This document shows, one piece after another, positions 55,008 through 64,000 of a stretch of 64,000 bases of DNA. Both the position numbers and the translations under genes were made by a program. Origin of the DNA: Octopus vulgaris (taxonomy: Eukaryota); assembly GCA_951406725.2 (NCBI GenBank), contig OX597823.1, forward strand, positions 93,744,001 through 93,808,000, given 5' to 3'. The notes under the pieces were generated by a model. That model was not told the origin of the DNA. It saw only the letters and a list, made by a program, of their open reading frames with translations, and made no database searches. Numbering within the stretch: position 1 is the stretch's first letter; each line of letters begins with the position of its first letter.

Positions 55008-55239
55008 ATAATAGTTACTAAAATCAGTCATTTTGTTTGAACTTAAATGCAATTTATGCATTTGATTCAGGTTTGGAATTATAGGTCGCCAAACCAACCG
55101 TGTAAAAGTGCATAACTTATCAGGGCTGTTTGTGATGCTGCAGCTGCTGTTTTGGTTTGTGTTTGTGTTATCGTAATTTTTTGTATTTATTTGCCTACGC
55201 CACAAGAAATATAATGTAAAAGAATGTGTAAATATTGGA

Positions 55240-55432
55240 TTCAGGTTTTGCTACGAGGCCAGCAATTTTAGGAGGGGGAGCTAAGTTGATCACATCAACC
55301 CAAATGTTCAACTGACGTTGAAAGGATAAAAGGCGGTAGCTGATATCTGCAGAATTTGAACTCAGAACGTAAGGCTGACAAAATGCCGCTAAACATTATT
55401 CCTGTCGTGCTAACAATTCTGCCAGCTCGCTA
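55240..55432 (-). mobile_element. SINE family A, degraded
   Basis: gcagaatttgaactcagaacgt...gtgctaacaattctgccagctcgc. Confidence 0.8.
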
Positions 55433-55499
55433 ACTTGATAATGCGTAAATATTAGAATGGAACAAGTTGCCGACGATCCATGTGATTATCATTTGTGTT

Positions 55500-56810
55500 T
55501 CTCTTCTTCCCCATTTCGGGTCGAAGTGGGCCGAAAAAGGAAAAAAATTTGAGTGCGAACCTGTTCCAGCAAATACCGGGGGTTATGCTTCAGCAGCCGG
55601 GAAAAGTGCAGATTCGCTAGAAGTGCGAGAAAGGAAATATTGAACAGAAGAAGCTGAAGGAACACTACAGGCTAATTCAGGATGAGGGATCCAGCTTCAA
55701 GCTGACCCCTCCAGAAGAGGTAGTAACAAGTACCAAGGAAAGAACAGTGGTGTACGGAAATCTATCTACAAGCACAAAGAAAATGGAGATAGCTACAGAA
55801 GAAGCTATTGAAGAATGTCTGAATGTCTATACAAGAGGCAGAAAATACGGCACAGTGGAGGTGAGATTTGCCAACGAACAGCAGGCAATAAATCACTCCA
55901 CTGTGACGCTGAAAACGGACAAATGGGTACTCTTACCTACCTACTGCAGCAAAATGGTCGCCAGAGTGAGAATAGGCAGAGTATCACAATAAATCAAAGC
56001 AGCATCGCTGGTGGCAACCCTAATGCACAAAACAGAGGAAGACGACAAAATTCTAAAAATGACAAGGAAAAAGAAAGTAAATTCTGGGGATACGGACTAG
56101 AAATGGTCATCCAGGTCGAAGGACAAGATCTAAAGGAAATTGCTGAAGAAATAATGCTACCGGAGGCCATAAGGTTGAGAGTGGTGGTAGAAGGAAGGCC
56201 ACCAACTTGCTATCAATGCGGCGAACAAGGACATATTGGAATAAAGTGTCCCCAGAGAGAAAACAAAAACGAGGAAAGCGAAAAGGAGCAGAATGCCGAA
56301 GGCGCGGACCGGGAAACTGAAAAATGCACGAAAGAAGCAGAAGAACCATTTACGGAGGTAACCAAAAGAAAAAGAAAAGAACGAGTGAACTCACCTCAGA
56401 AGAGTCCAATAAAGAAAAAGAAGGATTGTGAAATAAACTGTACACATTTTTCACTACATGAAACCTCTAGCAGCATCAACAACGAAGGAGAAAGACAAGG
56501 AAACCATCACAGACAACCAAATTCCACCGCAGGAACGAACAGTCAAAAGACCCGGTAAAAACAAATGGCATATGGTAACATATACAAAAAGCACAGATAT
56601 AGAAGGGAAAATCACAAATCGGTGATACAAGTTAAATTACCAACAGAACATTATCCAGAGAGTACAAAAGCCATAGTGATAGTCAAAGAGAGATATGAGA
56701 AATTAAAGAAATTGTTTGGAAACAAAACAGACCAATGGGAGTGAGGGTAGGGTTTAACGATCTACTGCTAGTTATAGATCACGACGACTTTTTGCCATAA
56801 ATAAATTGGT
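55500..56810 (+). pseudogene. Non-LTR retrotransposon ORF1/gag-like pseudogene with a CCHC zinc knuckle; no adjacent ORF2
   Basis: ORFs 55747..55992 and 55815..56558 join through a stop and frameshift. LRVVVEGRPPTCYQCGEQGHIGIKC, FTEVTKRKRK basic tail, strong purine bias, aataaa near 56800. Confidence 0.75.
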
Positions 56811-56864
56811 AGTGTGAGTAAGCTTTAGAATTTTTTGGAGACTACACATAAGTAAAGAGTAAAA

Positions 56865-57010
56865 CATGGGTCGCCACAGCCCCCTGCCAGAGCCTCGTGA
56901 AGCTTAGGTGTTTTCGCTCAATTAACACACACAACGCCCGGTCTGGGAATCGAAACCGCGATCCTCCGACCGCGAGGTCGCTGCCCTAACCATTGGACCA
57001 TTGCGCTTCC
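56865..57010 (-). mobile_element. SINE family C head fragment
   Basis: ggtctgggaatcgaaaccgcgatcc...ccctaaccattggaccattgcgcttcc. Confidence 0.85.
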
Positions 57011-57063
57011 ACTGCTGCTGGTGATACTGCTGTTGCTAGTGGTGTTGGCGGTGGTGGTAGTGG

Positions 57064-57101
<38 letters not shown>

Positions 57102-57871
57102 GTGACGATGATAATGATGATGATGATGGTAGTAGTGACGATGATGATGATGATGTTGATGTATTTACAATTTAATACTTTTGTTTACTTCTGCTTTCGC
57201 AAACCTAGTGGTCGAAAGTAGGTAATTGCGCGTGTAGGGGGGAAAGGTACGTAACTTCGAACTCATCGTCCTCATTAGTCGTCATCACCATCAAGAAAAA
57301 CAACAGGGTAATTGCCCTCCTTGTTTACGTTGTTATCATCACCATCGTCATCATCATCATCATCATGATCATGAAATCACCGTCATCGTCGTCATCGTCG
57401 TTGTCACTTCAACATCAATTTTCCCTTGAAGCCATAGCTTAAATGCCTCTGAAGTATGCCAAATCGTTTTTCACCTCAAACGTGTCTCGCTATGCCTTGG
57501 AAGCCCGCCATCTTGCCATATGACCTTAACAGTTTCCCCAATATCTTTCAGTGTCGTCCTCTGTCAACAAACCATTTTTTGGTTCGTCAGTTTGCAATGA
57601 TAAACTTAGCGATATCAATACTTTAGCCATGACATTAGTTAGTTCGATGCACTTTAAATAGACAAAACTACTTCAAACACGAGATTTGAATTCTGAAAAT
57701 TTAAAGAATACTTTGAGCAACTTTTAAATAAGAGAGAAGCATAAGTGTAATGTGTCTAAGAGTTAAAGTCACTTAAAGTCTTCTAAAAAGGAAAACATAC
57801 AATTTACTAAAAGCTTGCCACTCATGAATACAAAAATAATGTATCAAAGCTCATAAGATCGATTGAATCTA

Positions 57872-58080
57872 CGAAGCGGTGCTGAAAAGGTCCTGCCCTT
57901 AAGGGTGTCCCGAAAGGCCTGGTTGGAGCACCAGCCTTCTGAGGTATTTTACACGTTTTAAAGAAAATTTGAAGGACCATTGCAATAAGTGTGTGAACCT
58001 GAGTGGAGAATACCTTGAATAAAATCATAATTAATTGATTCCCCTGTATTTTCTTTTACACAAAGTCAGGTATCCCTTCG
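57872..58080 (+). mobile_element. Mariner-derived MITE/deletion derivative
   Basis: ta|cgaagcggtgctgaaaagg ... cccttcg|ta. Internal DHCNKCVNLSGEYLE* matches the mariner transposase C-terminus (KC...GxYxE). Confidence 0.65.
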
Positions 58081-58176
58081 TATATTTAGGTTTTGTAGTG
58101 GTGCATGTGAAGTTTAAGTGATTGGTTTGTTATTTCCAAAATATTTAGAGGAAACACTCTAACGTAGTGTAGACCG

Positions 58177-58453
58177 GGTGTCTTGGGGAAATTTCGATCC
58201 TGGGTTCTCATTCCTAAGGTATTTTTCGATGTTATTATTAGTATTATTGTTGTTGTTGTTATTATTATTATTATTATTAATATTATTATTATTATTATTA
58301 CTATTATTCATGTCACAGCCTGAATCGAACTCAGAATCTTGAGGTTAGTAGCCCGCGCTCTTAACCACTACGTCATATGCCCGAAACGTTGTGTTAACAA
58401 GAAACGAAATGAGGACAAATATCCGTCAAATGTAAATAATGTGAATAATGTAC
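58177..58453. mobile_element. Hammerhead-SINE (family H) copy with an inverted 5' part (58177-58382 -, 58381-58453 +)
   Basis: The left part is the reverse complement of 63555-63705; the right part matches 63731-63795. Confidence 0.85.
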
Positions 58454-59257
58454 GGTAAACTATTGTCAGTAATTATCATATACTTCAGTGGTGATCGTAG
58501 AATATACATAAAACCATTTTGATATTGCATTAGAAAAGCCAAATTTGTATCTAACAAGAGCCTAAGTGGATCAGTGGATTAGTTGTGGAATATTTATTCA
58601 GAAGGCAAACGCTGCATTGTTGACGCATATATTGTGTTAGAGATCTACGAACTTGCTTCATATAATTTGAGCTTTTTCTTTTGTCCCCGTATTCAGATTT
58701 TTTTCTAATTTACTCATGTGAGCTTTCAGATTTCCTCTTCTTACAGGCTTACCTTACTCACATCAGATTTTTCCTGAATCCAAGTGAAAAATAGCAATAT
58801 TATTCATATACAAAATTTCCTTTCTTCTGTACTCACGTCAATATTGATATTAACTGTGGCCATCCGATTCCTCAAAATCCTCCGATAACCTTACTTGCTC
58901 GCATTGAGAAATCTATATTATTTTCACCGAGTTCTTAATTAAATCGCTTCAAGCTGGCTTCGAACCATTTGTTTTCTTCAAACGAAGTCGCTTTTCTTTA
59001 CGAGTGAGTTCTACGCTGTAGTGTGAGATTCTCGTTACAGACGTCCCGTTATTTTGTTTGAATTGCGACAACAACTGCTTCTAAAGTCACATACTAAAGT
59101 ATGCTGAATTTTATCCACATAATTTTCTCCCACTTATTTTGCCCCTCCATTGTTCTTCTCTTCTTTTCGACAGAAACCTGAAGAATATACATTGTTCTGG
59201 CACTTTGAATTCTGATATCAAATCTTGGTGAGGTCAACTTTGTCCCCCGTCTGATAT

Positions 59258-59649
59258 CTATTTCTTTATTAGTCACAAGGGGCTAAACACAGAGAGGACA
59301 GACAAGGACAGACAAACGGATTAAATTGGTTATATCGACCCCAGTGCGTAACTGGTACTTAATTTATCAATCCCGAAAGGATGAAAGGCAAAGTCGACCT
59401 CGGCGGAATTTGAACACTGAACGTAGCGGCAGACGAAATACCGCTAAGCATTTCGCCCGGCGTGCTAACGTTTCTGCCAGCTCACCGCCTATGCACCCGT
59501 CCGATATCGATAAATAAAGTAACGGTCAAGTACTGAGATCGATATATTCGACTATTTCAGTTCCCGACAATTGCTGACATTATGCAAAAATCAGAAGCAA
59601 TTCTTTGAGATGTTGCTGTTGTTGACAATACTGCTGTTGTTGTTATTGC

Positions 59650-59683
<34 letters not shown>

Positions 59684-59934
59684 ATTGTTGATGCTGTTGT
59701 TGTTGCTATGTCGGTGAGCTGGCAGAATCGATAGGACGCTTGACGAAATGCTTAGCGGCATTTCGTCCATCTGTCCGTTCTAAGTTCAAATTCCAACGAA
59801 GTCCACTTTGCCTTTCATCCTTTCGGGTCGATAAAATAAGTACCAGCTTATGTAATCAACCTGCTACCCGACCCATCCCGAAATTGCGGGCCTTGTGCCA
59901 AAGTTTGAAACTATTATTATTATAATCATCATGA

Positions 59935-59995
<61 letters not shown>

Positions 59996-60245
59996 CATCG
60001 TCGTCGTCATCATCATCATCATCATCATCGAGGCGAAGAGCTGGCAGAAATATTAACACGCCAGGCAAAATGCTTAACAGCATTTTGTCGGTCTATACGT
60101 TCTGAGTTCAATTTCTGCCGGGTTCGACTTTGCCTTTTATTCTTTTGAGGTCCATAAATGAGGTATCGGTAAAACACTGGTGTCAATGTAATCGACTCTT
60201 CCCCTCCCCCCAAAATGTCAGGCCTTGTATCTTTAGTAGAAAGGA
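59258..60245. mobile_element. Three SINE family A copies (59258-59489 -, 59710-59910 +, 60031-60245 +) among (TTG)n/(TAA)n/(CAT)n
   Basis: gagctggcagaa heads and cctttcatcctttcgggtcgataaa cores. Confidence 0.88.
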
Positions 60246-61689
60246 TTATTATTATTGCTTTTGTCATTGTTGCAGTTGCTGACTTTCTTCCTTTGATCTT
60301 TGCCATTGCCCTTCTTGCTGCTTATTTGGCCGTTGCTCTCATTTTGGGTGTCTGGGCTATTAGCCCGAACCAAATACAGCGGTCAATTATAACAATATTA
60401 TATATTCTGGTCTCAGACGTATTTCTTTGCATCAGTTTTTGAAATGTCATGTCAGTCATTTACGATTATCCTTTTAACAAAATTAATGTCGGTAATAAGT
60501 TTAGACATGCGTTCAATCCTCCAGAGTTTTGTCTTCTAACCTTTTTAGTCAGCAAGAGTTATTGAGACAGCTCATAACATTTTAGAGTTAGTTGTCACTG
60601 TAAACTTTGATATACTTTTGCTCTTGTACTTATACCAGAATCGATCGTGTATTCGCAGTTTGTTTCACGCCTGTGTTGGTTTGCATAGAAATTAATGGCT
60701 TAATGATAAATGGTGACAACACCATCGCGATATTTATTAATATAAAGTACAAAAATTCCATAATATATATGAAGTGGCCTCTATTAATATGAAGCATTGG
60801 AGTTGATGGGGATTCTTGTCGATTTCGAACGTAAGAGTTTTTGAGCGAAATGCATTAAAACAAAGAATGGATTAATCATAAAAAGAAGCCGTATCTATTT
60901 GAGATGGATGCGTGAATGTAATCTTAGTCCAGGGATGGATTTTGGTATGAATTCACAATGGAGACAATGATGATTTTGATTTTACCTGGGACTGGACAAA
61001 CGTGTCTCTTGATTGCGTATAATCCTTTTATTGTTCTGCTTCTTCAGCTCACATTGTTTAGATGAATCATAACACATTTTATGTCACTCAAATTAATCTA
61101 GGCAATAACCTTCTCAAGATATTAAATTTAAGTTTTAGGGATTTTAGTGATTGCTTCAGATTATCCTTATACCGAAGGAGAAGGTTTCCTGGATTGTGAA
61201 ATCCCACTCCTTTTTAGACATTACAACAGAATTTTCGGAATTTGATCATCTTTCGCTGAAACAACATGTCCTGTACTAAATTCTCAACGCCATGCTTTCG
61301 ATACTGGAGATTTCACATATTTCCTTGTGAAGATAAAGATAAGAAAACACAATTAAGGGGTGCAGAAAACATATTAATTCTGAAACATGCTTTCATGTTT
61401 GAAATTTTCGCTAGGTTTCTTTGCTAATCATATTGTTGGAATGAGGCTAACAGGATATCGATACACCCACACATTTTTGTTCTTCTGTCAAAAAAACTAA
61501 AATGATTATATTCATATTGTCGTGATATTGTAATATAAAACAAAGATTAGATATGATGTAAAATCTAAACATTAAATGTAGTTAATAACAGGAACAACCA
61601 GGAGAAAGAAAATTACTGCTCGGCTGATTACAAGTAGCTGACAGTTTGTTACGTTGATTAATATTTTCCCCAATTAATGCCGGTGGTCC

Positions 61690-62100
61690 GTCCTCTCATC
61701 CATACATGCATTTCAGTTCTATTCCTGGATAGGTCGTGGGGTCATAGTCCTTAGGCACCTCATCTATAGGACCCTGTGAGAAGCAACTGTCATTGTATAT
61801 TCCAACTGGATTCCCGAATGTGACTTACTAAATCTAAGGATATTATCCAGCCATTTCGTTCTTGGTCTAATCCTAGGTTTCCTACTCATTGACTCGCCTT
61901 GGCGAACGTGTCTTTCTATTCTTTCCTACAACTCTCTAACCATGTCTCCGTAGTGTCGGATCTCCGACCTTTCAACGCACAGAGACAGCGGCTCGAACTC
62001 GAGAGATTATCTCATCTCCAAGCTACACACTCTGTCCAGTAACGTTGCTTCAGAAACCCTTCAGAGGATTCCCGTTTTGACCACTTGTATTTGCAATCAT
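61690..62100 (-). mobile_element. RTE-clade LINE 3' remnant, old
   Basis: Minus strand IRHYGDMVRE..ERIERHVRQ...RKPRIRPRTKWLDNI resembles the RTE consensus LRWFGHV.RM..ER....KRPRGRPRTRWLD. Confidence 0.6.
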
Positions 62101-62645
62101 ACTCTTTTGGTCAGTAGCCACTATTTAAGAAAAAAGATGAAGATTTGCATGAAAAATGAATCTAAGATAGCAAGTACACTCTTTTACCAAGCTCTCCTCT
62201 TTTGCGAAGCGAAAGCTAGCGAAGGTGAGCGGGAAATATAGTTAAAATACATCACAAAGTATAGAGAAAACCAACAAAAACAAAATGGACAGTGATAGTT
62301 GGGAAAACGCCCACTGAAAGTCATCGATAAAGTTTGACCTATTTTATTATACTGTTAAAGGATTCTTCAACGTAAAATATCGTTAATGGGGATTAGATTT
62401 GGTCTATAGGATTTCAATTGGAAGTATCATTTTGGCATAATTACAAGAAACAGTGCAAGTAAAAAGAGTAGATGTCTGTCGTTTAGCAATCAGATAACGC
62501 CAGTACAAAATCCCAAATGTATGAACGATGAGCAGGAGGTCCGAGACAAAGTTCTACCAACAGTACTATATTTAAGAATTGAGGAATTATGTACATTTGA
62601 CATATTTACATTTGACTGATATTCGTCCTCATCTTGTTTGTTGTT

Positions 62646-62691
62646 GACACAACGTTTCAGCTGATATACCCTCCAGCCTTCAACAGGTGTC
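62646..62691 (-). ncRNA. Type I hammerhead ribozyme motif (one core substitution)
   Basis: Reverse complement gacac-CTGtTGA-a-ggctg-gagggtatat-cagct-GAAAC-GTT-gtgtc; perfect 5-bp stem I. Confidence 0.65.
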
Positions 62692-62779
62692 TAGGGGAAA
62701 TTTCGAACCTGGGTTCTCATTCTTAAGGTATTTTTCAATGTTGTTGTTGTTATTATTATTATTATTGTTGTTGTTGTTG

Positions 62780-62811
<32 letters not shown>

Positions 62812-63364
62812 GAGTGAGAGAGCAGTTCATGCCATCAAAGTGACACTGGGGTAAAATATACGAAGCCCAATATACCCATCATGACTACCCGTCTGATAAA
62901 GGTACACCAGGCACATGCATCACAACCATATGTGCGCGACATGGTGATCTCATATCAAGATAAACAGCACATGACCTTGCAGGTGGGGCCCAGTTAGAAT
63001 TTTCTTCAGGTTGAGTAGCCCATCCCGCTCAAACGGTCCCTGAATAAGGGTTGTTTAAGGATGTTGAAAGAACCACCCATGTTTCCAGAGGTGAACTATT
63101 CAAACCCCAAAGAATCCCTCTCAACACATGGCTATGATGCTCCCCCACTACTTCTGCTCGTGATCAGAGATGCACATATCGTCAGCCACTAAGGGACATG
63201 CTCAACTGGTTAAGGTCAAACAACTGACAAGCAAATCTGTGGTATTGAGCAGAATATTTGCTGTAGCCCATCTTTTATACCAAGACAAAACAATGTACAT
63301 GATAACACTTCCAATCAGTTAAGATCAGAAGCCATGAGAGCCACTGCCTGGTACTGCATCAGGG

Positions 63365-63365
<1 letters not shown>
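62812..63365. mobile_element. 554-bp non-coding element inserted into (TAA)n
   Basis: Complex sequence with sharp ends, (ATT)n on both sides, absent from the paralogous sites at ~58230-58310 and ~63630-63650. Confidence 0.75.
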
Positions 63366-63438
<73 letters not shown>

Positions 63439-63554
63439 TCACTGCCTGGAATCGAACTCGGAATCTTAATGTTAGTAGCATATGGGAACCAGTATTAAGG
63501 ACAGGAAAATATTAGATTAATAAGCCCCCTAAAATTCACTCCATAATTGCACAC

Positions 63555-63795
63555 GGGCATATGGCGTAGTGGTTAAAAGCGCAGGCTACTTAACCCCAAG
63601 ATTCCAAGTTCGATTCCAGGCAGTGACCGGAATAGTAATAATAATAACGACATAGAAAAATACTTTAGGAATGAGAACACAGGTTCGAGATTTACCCAAG
63701 GCACCTGATGAAGGTTGGAGAGTATATCAACCGAAACGTTGTGTTAACAACAAACGAGAAGAGACAAATATCTTTCAAATATAAATAATGTACAT
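63555..63795 (+). mobile_element. Hammerhead-SINE (family H), intact copy: tRNA-like head, (TAA)n, hammerhead, AT-rich tail
   Basis: A box TGGCGTAGTGG 63562-63572, B box GTTCGATTCC 63608-63617, ribozyme motif 63700-63745. Confidence 0.88.
63700..63745 (+). ncRNA. Minimal type I hammerhead ribozyme motif, intact core
   Basis: ggcac-CTGATGA-a-ggttg-gagagtatat-caacc-GAAAC-GTT-gtgtt; palindromic aacgtt stem III. Confidence 0.75.
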
Positions 63796-64000
63796 GTTCT
63801 ATCATTCTGACTTATCCATAGTAAACAGTCTGAGAAGTGACGATGTCAGTTCTCAAAAAAACGGTTTCTTACAATTGTTATAGAGACGAGCAATATTTTT
63901 ATGTACTGTAAAGGTGTTCAGTTGCCCATAGGATTGAAACAGCAATCCCGTATAGAAAATAATGATTCCGATATCGAAGGACAATAAAACGTTATTCAGG

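Larger units (their letters stand above)
62565..63484 (-). mobile_element. Hammerhead-SINE (family H) copy interrupted by a 554-bp insertion
   Basis: Colinear with 58177-58382 and with the reverse complement of 63555-63795 once 62812-63365 is removed. Confidence 0.88.

Noticed and set aside
60215-60442. Small membrane protein ORF
   Set aside because: It begins inside a SINE tail, and its hydrophobicity comes from T-rich degenerate triplet repeats. No splice or homology support.
60440-61400. Unique-looking ~1 kb as a possible gene or decayed transposon
   Set aside because: No long ORF, termini or recognisable motifs were found by eye.
63555-63630. Functional tRNA gene (also the heads at 9643, 23142, 51621)
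   Set aside because: A and B boxes are present, but I cannot form a clean cloverleaf and each continues into a repeated SINE body.

Overview
This is AT-rich eukaryotic DNA made almost entirely of repeats, with no host protein-coding exon I can recognise. The SINE families and the very dense (TA)n, (CA)n, (GATA)n, (TACA)n and (TAA)n microsatellites look like an octopus/coleoid cephalopod intron or intergenic region (inference). Nearly all ORF-track entries are translated microsatellites. The real coding signal is all decayed transposable elements: two CR1-like LINEs, one long and three short RTE LINE pieces, three R4/Dong-like restriction-endonuclease LINE pieces (two inside (TAA)n), Penelope-like elements (RT and GIY-YIG), an IR/DR-type DD34E Tc1, a mariner MITE, three Helitrons (one carrying a PIF1 helicase piece) and an ORF1-only zinc-knuckle element. 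About 30 tRNA-derived SINE copies fall into at least four families. The most notable signals are: (i) a Pol III tRNA-headed SINE carrying a minimal type I hammerhead ribozyme, with a compensatory base-pair change between copies, plus other hammerhead-like motifs in Penelope-type repeats; (ii) a 554-bp non-coding element inserted in that SINE's (TAA)n; (iii) a GC-rich 4 x 70-bp array whose units fold into rod hairpins; (iv) a Penelope fragment bracketed by ~170-bp inverted repeats. Coordinates were read by eye, so the ends of degraded repeats are approximate, and family names were not checked against any database.
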